Below, piece after piece: positions 10,803 through 23,982 of a stretch of DNA of 36,059 nucleotides (the stretch's first letter is position 1; every line of letters starts with the position of its first letter). The position numbers were made by a program, and so were the translations under genes. Below the pieces are notes generated by a model. That model did not search any database. It was not told the DNA's origin and was given only the letters and a program-made list of their open reading frames with translations. The DNA comes from Macrostomum lignano (Eukaryota): assembly GCA_002269645.1 (NCBI GenBank), contig NIVC01000407.1, positions 1-36,059 of the forward strand, written 5' to 3'.

Positions 10803-11715
10803 CTCAATTATCTAATCATCTAAATGCATGGTCCGCACTTACCCTAAGGTTAGGGTTGAGGGCTATGAACCTCAATTATCTGCAGTCTATGGTCCACACT
10901 GACCCTAGGGTTAGGGTTGAGGGCCATGAGCCTCAATTATCTGTAATCTACATGCATGGTCCACACTTACCCTAGGGTTAGGGTTGAGGGCCATGAGCCT
11001 CAATTATCTGCAGTCTATGGTCCACACTGACCCTAGGGTTAGGGTTGAGGGCCATGAGCCTCAATTATCTGCAGTCTATGGTCCACACTGACCCTAGAGT
11101 TAGGGTTGAGGGCCATGAGCCTCAATTATCTGCAGTCTATGATCCACACTGACCCTAGGGTTAGGGTTGAGGGCCATGAGCCTCAATTATCTGTAATCTA
11201 CATGCATGGTCCACACTTACCCTAGGGTTAGGGTTGAGGGCCATGAGCCTCAATTATCTGCAGTCTATGGTCCACACTGACCCTAGGGTTAGGGTTGAGG
11301 GCCATGAGCCTCAATTATCTGCAGTCTATGGTCCACACTGACCCTAGAGTTAGGGTTGAGGGCCATGAGCCTCAATTATCTGCAGTCTATGGTCCACACT
11401 GACCCTAGGGTTAGGGTTGAGGGCCATGAGCCTCAATTATCTGCAGTCTATGGTCCACACTGACCCTAGAGTTAGGGTTGAGGGCTATGAACCTCAATTA
11501 TCTGCAGTCTATGGTCCACACTGACCCTAGGGTTAAGGTTGAGGGCCATGAGCCTCAATTATCTGTAATCTAAATGCATGGTTTGCACTTACCCTAGGGT
11601 TAGGGTTGAGGACCATGAGCCTCAATTATCTGTAATCTAAATGCATGGTTTGCACTTACCCTAGGGTTAGGGTTGAGGGCCATGAGCCTCAGTAATCTGT
11701 CTGCAGTCTATGGCA
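10803..11715. repeat. 61/67-bp minisatellite containing CCCTAGGGTTAGGGTT
   Basis: Unit starts at 10903, 10970, 11031... give periods of 67 and 61 bp. Confidence 0.95.
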
Positions 11716-11935
11716 AATATGAGTAGCCAACTGCTAAAACCAGATTTTCTGAGTGCTCAGTAAGAGCTTACAATGTGCGTAGGCTTCTGTTAATACTCGT
11801 ACATGTAATACAGCCTACGATAAGATTCTGAGAGGATAAAATAGCTAATGGGGATTTGGGGGGGGTTTCCATGGCTTTGATCTGAGGACAATTTTCCTGT
11901 GCGCTTTGGTAATTACTCCCAGTATCCCAGGTAGC

Positions 11936-11990
11936 CATTGGCCAGGCGTTGTCGGGTCTCGCGACTTTGTTCCCGTTTCCATATAAATAC
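11936..11990 (+). promoter_or_regulatory. Putative Not-gene core promoter (ATTGG box and TATAAA)
   Basis: TATAAA at 11982-11987, about 70 bp upstream of ATG 12056; ATTGG at about 11936. Motif match only. Confidence 0.4.
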
Positions 11991-12055
11991 GAGCGGGTGA
12001 TGGGAAGAATCGCAGGCCGCCGTCCCAGCAACTCCCAGACACCCAACCAAACGCA

Positions 12056-14409
<2,354 letters not shown>

Positions 14410-14994
14410 ACTCGCCGACTATAAGGTCACCACCCTGCCGTCTCCTCAAAAGAAATTCTTGTATAACTGTTTAATGTATTTTTAACTCTCCAATTGTAGA
14501 GGTGGTGTTGCTGTGCTGCACTGTTGTGGAGCTTACTGTCACAATCGAGTCCGCCTGTTTTGTGTGTCCATTGAGCAAACAGGCCAATATTTTTCGGTGG
14601 TAGAGTCGATATCTGTCAAAGGTTATATATATTGTGTTGAACATATTGGTTAAAAAATAGATACAAAAATAACTACAAAACCATTGCTAATACTAATTAA
14701 GCGCTAATAATCATCAGACAGTTTTATTAATGCTTATTAATATAATGTATTGAAACTATTCCATGAATATGACATTAGTTTAAACATTTTCTAACACCTG
14801 CAAACGTGTTTTTATCTTTAATAATATTATCTAATTTGACGCTACTAGGCAGTAGTAACATGACGTCATCGTGTGGCTAAATTAACCATAAAACAATAAA
14901 AAGGAATCTCCCAAATCATTTTTCTTCACAAGGAGAATCCCGGGGTTTAAATAAGGATAAACAAGTGCATGTTGCTTTGTTTCATTCTACTTTG

Positions 14995-15083
14995 ATTGGT
15001 CCGCTAAAGGATGACGTCATCGCCAAATGAAGCCTGATTGGTCCGCTACAGGATGACGTCATCGCTAAATGGATCCTGATTGG
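14995..15083. promoter_or_regulatory. 42-bp tandem unit (about 2.2 copies) carrying ATTGG (CCAAT box) + TGACGTCA (CRE)
   Basis: ATTGG at 14995, 15037, 15079; TGACGTCA at 15012, 15054. Function untested. Confidence 0.45.
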
Positions 15084-15125
15084 TCAATCAGCGTATTAAC
15101 GTCCTAAGTACGCTAAAAAATAGCG

Positions 15126-18100
15126 TCACTTTTTGGACAACACTTCATTGGCTAGCTCAGAGATGACGTCATACGCGTAGCGAATATCGGCAGCCTCGCA
15201 GAATTCGGAGCACACGGCAAACCGAATGAAGAAGGTATCGCTGGCCTCGAACTCGGAGGCGATGAGGTGAATCCGGCCGTCCTCCCTAATACAGCGGTAC
15301 AGCTCGCGACTCGGTGCGTTGGCGCCCTGAAATTTATAGGAAGTATCAATAACTGAATTTTAGGACGGTTTAGGCTAAGTATAATTTTAGCGGATGAAAT
15401 GCACTGCTTCTAGGAAGCAAGTTGACCTTTGCTAATGCTCTCGGAATGATCAAGGAAAACTGGAAATTCTTCGTGTCGTTGCAAAAACCTCAAAAAAACC
15501 AAAACCGGGAATCAATTTCCAAAGACGGAAAACATCCCAGAAAGTGGAAAACTTCGCAAATCTGGAAACTTTTCCCAAAACTGGAAACTTTTCCCAAAAC
15601 TGGAAACAAAACTGGAAACTTCCCAAAACTGGAAACCTTTCCCAAAACTGGAAACTTTTCCCAAAACTGGAAACCTTTTTTCCCAAAACTGGAAACTTCC
15701 CAAAACTGGAAACCTTTCCCAAAACTGGAACTTTTCCCAAAACTGGAAACCTTTCCCAAAACTGGAAACCTTTCCCAAAACTGGAAACCTTTCCCAAAAC
15801 TGGAAACTTTTCCCAAAACTGGAAACTTTTCCCAAAACTGGAAACTTTTCCCAAAACTGGAAACTTTTCCCAAAACTGGAAACTTTTCCCAAAACTGGAA
15901 ACTTTTCCCAAAACTGGAAACTTTTCCCAAAACTGGAAACCTTTCCCAAAACTGGAAACTTTCCCAAAACTGGAAACTTTTCCCAAAACTGGAAACTTTC
16001 CCAAAACTGGAAACTTTTCCCAAAACTGGAAACTTTTCCCAAAACTGGAAACTTTTCCCAAAACTGGAAACTTTTCCCAAAACTGGAAACTTTTCCCAAA
16101 ACTGGAAACTTTTCCCAAAACTGGAAACTTCCCAAAACTGGAAACTTTTCCCAAAACTGGAAACTTTTCCCAAAACTGGAAACTTTTCCCAAAACTGGAA
16201 ACTTTTCCAAAAACTGGAAACTTCCCAAAACTGGAAACTTACCCAAAAACTGGAAACTTCCCAAAACTGGAAACTTCCCAAAACTGGAAACTTTTCCCAA
16301 AACTGGAAACTTTTCCCAAAACTGGAAACTTTTCCCAAAACTGGAAACTTTTCCCAAAACTGGAAACTTACCCCAAAACTGGAAACTTACCCCAAAACTG
16401 GAAACTTTTCCCAAAACTGGAAACTTTTCCCAAAACTGGAAACTTCCCAAAACTGGAAACTTTTCCCAAAACTGGAAACTTTTCCCAAAACTGGAAACTT
16501 CCCAAAACTGGAAACTTCCCAAAACTGGAAACTTTCCCAAAACTGGAAACTTCCCAAAACTGGAAACTTCCAAAACTGGAAACTTTTCCCAAAACTGGAA
16601 ACTTACCCCAAAACTGGAAACTTACCCCAAAACTGGAAACCTTTCTTAAAACTGGAAACTTTTCCCAAAACTGGAAACTTTTCCCAAAACTGGAAACTTT
16701 TCCCAAAACTGGAAACCTTTCTTAAAACTGGAAACTTTTCCCAAAACTAGAAACTTTTCCAAAAACTGGAAACCTTTCCCAAAACTGGAAACTTTTCCCA
16801 AAACTGGAAACTTTTCCCAAAACTGGAAACTTCCCAAAACTGGAAACCTTTCTTAAAACTGGAAACTTTTCCCAAAACTAGAAACTTTTCCAAAAACTGG
16901 AAACTTTTCCCAAAACTGGAAACTTTTCCCAAAACTGGAAACCTTTCTTAAAACTGGAAACTTTTCCCAAAACTGGAAACTTTTCCCAAAACTAGAAACT
17001 TTTCCAAAAACTGGAAACTTCCCAAAACTGGAAACTTTTCCCAAAACTGGAAACTTTTCCCAAAACTGGAAACTTTTTCCAAAACTGGAAACTTTTCCCA
17101 AAACTAGAAACTTTTCCCAAAACTGGAAACTTTTCCCAAAACTGGAAACTTTTCCCAAAACTGGAAACTTTTCCCAAAACTAGAAACTTTTCCAAAAACT
17201 GGAAACTTTTCCCAAAACTGGAAACTTTTCTTAAAACTGGAAACTTTAAAAAAATTACTTCGTTAAAACCGAAAAATCTGCTACCTGACGAGAATTAGAA
17301 TTTGGTGTCCATATAAATTACATTTTTTTTAGTATTACTTTTGCAAAAGCACACGGGTACTTTTTTGCACTTGATTCGATTCTTTCTTTCTAGACTCAGG
17401 TGAGCAAAGATTCTTGTCAAAGAAAGCCGAAAACTTCAAAGGAAAAATAACTTTTTATATCAGCTCCCTTGCTATTTGCCAATAGAAGTCTGTCTTTGCC
17501 GCTGCGAACAATAATTATGGCAGGCACAAATCATTAAAATTACTCATGCAATTTAGACAAAAAAATCGAGACCGGAGCTCAGGTGCCACGATGTGCGGAC
17601 CCGCAGCTTTCGCTTGTAGAAATTCGACCACCTCTTGCAGGCATTTTGCCTTAGAATTCGCCACTGCCCCCCCCCATCCCAATTATCTGTATTTTTACAG
17701 CGTCAGGCGCCTCGGTTGAGCATTCTTACAAGAGCAAGGATTGCGCACTTTGATGCAAAATGCGTACAGGATGTACATTTGTACAGAGTGTACAGGGTGT
17801 ACAGGTGTACAGGTGTACAGTGGCCTTGACTTCCTGACATCCGCGGCACGTACACACTCTGCACCATTGGGGTTGTCCCTCACGGACGAAAATTTAATTG
17901 ATTTTACAGCGCGAGCCTCAAATTAATGCGGATGCACATGGAACCGAACCCGGGGTACCCTGGCTTCTCTCTGCCCCATTCACCCTAGAGCCAAGACTTT
18001 AGAGCCCAAGCCTTGCCTTGAGCCGGAAGCAGACCAGGCCGAACACGACCTCCTCGACAATTTCAAAACGGTCATCCGCAGTCACCAGCTCTTCAAACTG

Positions 18101-21100
18101 CTTGGCCAGACGGATATGCTGAAAAGGAGACAATATGAGTATTCATGCCTCAGACTCCTGATTAATTGTTAGGATTTTACGCTGGACAACGTCGGGAGAC
18201 GCACCTTCCGGATGTAGCTCTGCAGTCCCTCGATGCCGTAGGAGCGAAGAACGAACCAGATCTTCAGCGAGCGAAAACGCCGACCCAACGGAATCTGCCA
18301 GTGCTGCAGTTGTACAATGCAATCTTTGTCTTACGAGTGAGTGCAATCAATGTACATCCTATGTGCAACCGAATGTACATCCTACGTGCAACCAATATAC
18401 ATCCTACGTGCAACCGAATGTACATCCTACATGCAACCAATATACATCCTACGTGCAACCGAATGTACATCCTACGTGCAACCGAATGTACATCCTACGT
18501 GCAACCGAATGTACATCCTACGTGCAACCAATATACATCCTACGTGCAACCAATGTACATCCTACGTGCAACCGAATGTACATCCTACGTGCAACCAATA
18601 TACATCCTACGTGCAACCGAATGTACATCCTATGTGCAACCAATGTACATCCTATGTGCAACCAATGTACATCCTATGTGCAACCAATATACATCCTACG
18701 TGCAACCAATGTACATCCTACGTGCAACCGAATGTACATCCTACGTGCAACCAATGTACATCCTATGTGCTACCAATGTACATCCTACGTGCAACCAATG
18801 TACATCCTACGTGCAACCAATGTACATCCTACGTGCAACCAATGTACATCCTATGTGCAACCAATATACAATATAAATCCTACGAATAAACCAAAATACA
18901 TCGTAAATGTACGTACAACCAACAGGAGTACACCCAATGTACTTTCAATAAAGCTCACCCGATAGTCAGGCACCTGGCCGCTGAACTCGTGCTGCAAGTA
19001 CAGCGGATCAACGTTGAACGTGTCGACTACTTTAGACGAGTCCTTCAGCCACAGGGCCGAGCAGTCGAAGGTGATTTGCAGCCACTTGCCCGGGTTGAAG
19101 TTGAACGAGTCGGCCAGCTGTTTGGGATGAAAACTGTGCGTGGACTTTTAAGCTAATTGAGCTGAATGTGAAATCAAGGCTAGATGCATTTTCGAACTCT
19201 GGAATAGGCAAGCACCCAGGAGTCTGCAGTATTTGGTTTTTCGTTCGTCATAATCGAGACCTTCGACATTTCAGCACGCTGAAAAGTTTGTCGCAGACAC
19301 ACGCTCACATAGGGTGTACAGCGGCCCTGACTTCCTATTCGTCAGGCATGTACAGTCTGTGCCTTGGGGAAATCGAACCAAGGATGGTGCCACAGTCGGA
19401 CGCGTTTACCTCTGAGCTGCTCTGCCACAGGTCGGTAACGTACTCAAGACTCAACAGCAAATTTTTCCCTTCAATTTGATACGTCTTAACTACTGTTAGT
19501 AGCGTCCATCCATACCTCGATTCCGTTGGCGATGTGTCGGTACTCGGGGCAGATCAGAGATGCGCCGGCGTAGGCTGCGTCCACGTGACACCAGAGACCT
19601 TCGCTCTGGCCTGCGGCGAAAAATTTTATGTATCAAGTAAGACATTGTTTCGTTTGTGTAATTTAACTCCATCAGAGTTTGCTGAAACTACTCGGTGGCT
19701 TACAGACTTCGCCCAGTTCAGCCAAGTTGTCGAAGGCGCACGAGTTCGTTGTGCCTAGCGTAGTGATCAGCTGGATTGTTGTGTGTTATTGCATTGACTT
19801 AGGATTCTCACTCTTTGATTACGAATTGCGGTTAAGCCAACAAAATAGTTTTACTGCCCCTCCGAACCCCTCACCACTACAGCCACCTCACTCCCTGCCC
19901 CTCCGAACCCCTCACCACTACAGCCACCTCACTCCCTGCCCCTCCGAACCCCTCACCACTGCAGCCACCTCACTCCCTGCCTCTCCGAACCCCTCACCAC
20001 TGCAGCCACCTCACTCCCTGCCCCTCCGAACCCCTCACCACTGCAACCACCTCATTCACTCCCTGCACCTCTCCAAAATCCAAAATCCATGGCTGCACCA
20101 ACCAAAATAGGCTCGAGTCCTCTGGCCCGGTCTTCAGCCACAGCTCGGGCCAAGGTGTCGCCCCTCAGCGAGCGCTTGCCATCTGTAGGCAGCTTGCGCA
20201 ACTGCACAAAAGCCAGCATTGCGGCCCGCTCCACCGAAGAGTGGCTCTGAGAAAGCAGATTTTGAAAAAATAATGTTTTTTTGAAAGCAGATGTTGAAAA
20301 AAGGACGCAAATCACAATTAAGAATTCGAGCGGAAGGTCAAAAATTTTTAAGAAAATTTGAAGGCACTTCGACAGGCAATTTCGAGTAATTTTTTCCACT
20401 AATCTTTTGAAGAACCACCTGCATTGATAGGGCGAACATGTTTGTCAGAATTTTTCAGAATTTGTCAGAATTTGATCGGAAGCGAATCCCTGATGACCGA
20501 AAGCGAATCCTTCATGACCGGAAGCGAATCCCTCATCACCGGAAGCGAATCCTTCATGACCGGAAGCGAATCCCTCATGACCGGAAGCGAATCCCTCATG
20601 ACCGGAAGCGAATCCCTCATCACCGGAAGCGAATCCTTCATGACCGGAAGCGAATCCCTCATGACCGGAAGCGAATCCCTCATCACCGGAAGCGAATCCT
20701 TCATGACCGGAAGCGAATCCCTCATGACCGGAAGCGAATCCCTCATGACCGGAAGCGAATCCCTCATGACCGGACGCAAAATCACCAGCCACTCACCTGA
20801 TCGGAGGCGTAGGCCACCAACCGCGAGAGCGCCAGACTCGGCTGCTGCTGCGCCTCCGGTTGCTGCGCCTGCAAGCGCTGGATGGCCAGGTTCCTGGCTG
20901 ACAGGAAGATCACCAAGGTGGCCTCGCTTGCCGAGCCCTGGATCACGCCGCCGCCGCCGCTTCCGCCGCTGCCGCCGCCAGCTGGGAACAGGAAGTGATC
21001 GGGCAGGCCCAGAGCCTTGGCCAGCCAGTCCATCATGACAGTCTCAAGTTCCGTGCAAGCTGGACTGGCGATCTGAGTGCAGGTTGTACATTCGGTTCAC

Positions 21101-22253
21101 TTAATTCTAATTTAACACATTTTTTTTAATTTCCTAAATAGGACTTTCTGGATCATTAAGGCTTTGTCTCTTCTTTGAACCAGCTTAGCTTAGCCTTATA
21201 CATGATACATGATAACACCATGATCCAGATTACATGATTACACCTGCCCTAATAGGCAGATGTGCAACCGACAGCTCAGCCGCAGCTATTGCTCGGCGCA
21301 TCTGAAGGCTGCGTACGGCTGTTCAGTCCAAGGACTGGGGGGTCGCCACACACCCTCAATTACCCCAGCTAATGCTGGCATCCATTTTACAGCTGAGTGA
21401 GCTGAAGCAATGCAGAGTTAAGTGTCTTGCTCAAGGACACAGATTGTTCCAGAGGGATCCGGAATCGAACCCCCGACCTTCAGGTCGTGAGTCCAAGGCT
21501 ACATACAAACCCCCTTGGGACCAAACTGCGCTGGCTACCTCAGTGATGATGCATTTTTCTTAAAATTCGTTCTGTTTTCGTCTATCTTCACTAACAAGCC
21601 TACTTATAGTAGAAAAATACAGTCAAGCAAGGCTATTTTCCATGAAAACAGCTGCACAAACGCACCCAGGAGAAGCCAATGCAGCCAATGGCGTCACTCA
21701 GCATGTCGGCCAGAATTGACGGAAAAGTGTTGGCCGTCGGGTAGTAGGCGTGGAACTGCGGATGGTGCCAGTTTGTCACCTGGGCGTGGGGTGAGCACGG
21801 GTTGATTGACGCTCAGTTGACAAGATCTAGCTGAGAACAGATACCCCAGTCTCACCCCGGACACACCAGCTAGCTGAGAGCAGACACACCCCGGACACAC
21901 CAGCTAGCTGAGAGCAGACACACCCCGGACACACCAGCTAGGTGAGAGCAGACACTCCAGTCTCACCCCGGACACACCAGCTAGCTGAGAGCAGACACCC
22001 CAGTCTCACCCCCGACACACCAGCTAGGTGAGAGCAGACACTCCAGTCTCACCCCGGACAGCACCACCCGCTCCAAGTCGGCCATGACGTTCTCAAACGG
22101 TTCCCCAGCCTGTGGCGGCTCTGCTGGGATCAGCGGTCGCAGATAGCCCGGCCGGACGTCCGGGACCACCTGGCGCTGGCGGAAGCTGGCAAAATAGTCG
22201 GCGATGAAGTCCACCATCGCCTTGCCCTGACGGCGAAACTCTTCGCGATCCAT
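15126..22253 (-). CDS. Ddc: Aromatic L-amino-acid (DOPA) decarboxylase family, PLP-dependent group II, about 485 aa; exons 22253-22053, 21779-21666, 21072-20797, 20246-20103, 19770-19704, 19610-19516, 19117-18959, 18303-18205, 18118-18017, 15326-15126
   Basis: Spliced translation [20 protein letters not shown]...[17 protein letters not shown]...IGCIGFSW|[10 protein letters not shown]...SHSSVERA...[10 protein letters not shown]...[11 protein letters not shown]...DPLYLQH...[18 protein letters not shown]...GLVCFRLK|GAN...IRFAVCS is collinear with DDC. Several exon lengths (201, 114, 144, 67, 95, 99, 102 bp) match the vertebrate DDC boundaries as I recall them. No internal stops. Confidence 0.95.
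15560..17246. repeat. 19-bp minisatellite (CCAAAACTGGAAACTTTTC), about 88 copies, in the last Ddc intron
   Basis: Direct reading. Source of the spurious ORFs 15422-17195. Confidence 0.97.
18345..18870. repeat. 22/23-bp minisatellite ((G)AATGTACATCCTACGTGCAACC), Ddc intron
   Basis: Direct reading. Confidence 0.95.
19150..19428 (-). mobile_element. Putative tRNA-headed SINE in Ddc intron 6 (3' boundary uncertain)
   Basis: Minus strand: GCAGAGCAGCTCAGAGGTAAACGCGTCCGACTG...GGTTCGATTTCCCC (A-box and B-box), followed by non-tRNA sequence including a CCTGAC...GTCAGG hairpin. Confidence 0.45.
19856..20062. repeat. 41-bp minisatellite (CCCTCCGAACCCCTCACCACTACAGCCACCTCACTCCCTGC), about 5 copies
   Basis: Direct reading, Ddc intron 4. 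Confidence 0.92.
20473..20773. repeat. 21-bp minisatellite (GACCGGAAGCGAATCCCTCAT), about 14 copies
   Basis: Direct reading, Ddc intron 3. Confidence 0.95.
21197..21541 (-). mobile_element. tRNA-derived CORE-SINE (MIR-like core) in Ddc intron 2
   Basis: B-box GGTTCGATTCC (21471-21461). Plus-strand CCATTTTACAGCTGAGTGAGCTGAAGCAATGCAGAGTTAAGTGTCTTGCTCAAGGACAC resembles the reverse CORE consensus (CCCATTTTACAGATGAGG...GTTAAGTGACTTGCCCAAGGTCAC). Short (TCATGT)n-like tail. Confidence 0.75.
21830..22060. repeat. About 38-43-bp minisatellite that includes copies of the Ddc exon-1 splice donor
   Basis: CCAGTCTCACCCCGGACA (reverse of TGTCCGGG|GTGAGACTGG) recurs at about 21846, 21957, 22001 and 22043. 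Confidence 0.85.
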
Positions 22254-22754
22254 TGCAAGCGAAAGCAGATCAGAAGACAGAATCGGAGGTCTGAGCCTCG
22301 GCTTCTAGCAAGCAGTATTAAATAGCAGCAGAAAATTACAGGGTGAGTCAACAGTCGCCCAGGGTCCCTTGTCAAATGCTGTCAGCGTCTATAAAATATT
22401 TTGCCTCACGCCTGGGCTGATATCTGTCCGAGACTGCTGTTTATGTATCCCAGCCCTCCAACCCAGCTCTGGGTAATTGGAGATTTCCATTTTTTTCGTT
22501 CTTCAGCCCGATAATCCGATCCAATTATCCTCGAGGCGGCAGCTCTGACGGAGCATGGAAGTTGAGAGGCCTAACTGGGTTTTGCATGGAACGGAAAGCT
22601 TGGGCATTTTCCTTTGCTGCCGTTCTCAAATCTGCATGTAATCTAAGAGTTAAGCGTGCGATTGCGAGCGGTTTATATTAATAACTATTTGCTTCTGAGC
22701 TACTGTAAGTAGCGTTTGACGGAAAATTCAAATTCTCGAAAGCACAAATTTTGC

Positions 22755-23095
22755 TAGCCGAGAAAGTTGCCAGCCGGAAAATACCGAGAAAGTTGCCAGC
22801 TGAAAAAGTTGCCAGCTGAGAAAGTTGCCAGCTGAGAAAGTTGCCAGCTGAGAAAGTTGCCAGCTGAGAAAGTTGCCAGCTGAGAAAGTTGCCAGCTGAG
22901 AAAGTTGCCAGCTGAGAAAGTTGCCAGCTGAGAAAGTTGCCAGCTGAGAAAGTTGCCAGCTGAGAAAGTTGCCAGCTGAGAAAGTTGCCAGCTGAGAAAG
23001 TTGCCAGCTGAGAAAGTTGCCAGCTGAGAAAGTTGCCAGCTGAGAAAGTTGCCAGCTGAGAAAGTTGCCAGCCGGAAAGTTGTCAGCGGAGAAAG
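22755..23095. repeat. 16-bp minisatellite (AGAAAGTTGCCAGCTG), about 20 copies
   Basis: Direct reading. Confidence 0.96.
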
Positions 23096-23982
23096 TTTGC
23101 ATCAAGGAGGGTAGAAGCTCAGAATTTCAAGAGCTGTCTAATTTTACAATTATAAATCTGTTTTAAGAGCTAAAGTAATATCTAATACATTTTTTACAAA
23201 AACATGTAGTTTCTTTAAATGTAGTAACTGAAAGCATGCATATTTTGTGGCAAAGTGATATGCATTCTGTTTTTTCAAAATACAGTACTTTTCTAAAGCC
23301 AAGGCGGCGTGGCGTCATCAGCAGCACCTCCTGCACCGAATGTAGGCAAGCTGCAACTGTTTTTTTCCCTTTTCCAGATGAAGAGGCTCTGGGAGATAAG
23401 AGAGAGAGAAAGGAGGGGGGAAGCTGAGCTGCCATCTGCCGGCTTCATCAATAAGCACTGAAGGATTTGGCAGCCATGAGTTCGGGACTAGGAGTAACCT
23501 CCAACCTCTGCACCGAGATCTTGCAGAGATCTGGCATAGCCATACGAGCGTAAGGCTTCTGCGGTTATTTTCCCCTGTGTGTTTCAATGTGCAATGCTGA
23601 CAAGCCTCACAAATGCGGAGATATTGCCTTATTGGCCCGATTCTATCCAGCTGATAAGCATGCAGCAAAGAATAAGAATGAAGTAAAGCAAACGCGCGAA
23701 ATGTAACAGACCTGATTCCACAGCTTTCTACTCGCATCTGAGGGCCTCGCTACACCAAACTGACAAGTGGCACAGGTGTTTTTGGCAGTGAATGATGTAC
23801 GGTATGACACTGGGTAAACACAGACTCCAGCAACTGGGGCGTTGATGCGACTGACTGATCTGCACTTGTCCCGCTTCTATGCCTCAGCTAACTGGCTGTG
23901 GGGGGAGGGGAGGGAGAGGATGGGAGCAACTGAGATGGGGAAATAAATAATGAGAAAATATCCTGCTACACAGCTACACAAC

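Noticed and set aside
15422-17195. 442-aa and related ORFs ([12 protein letters not shown]...)
   Set aside because: Translations of the 19-bp repeat inside a Ddc intron.
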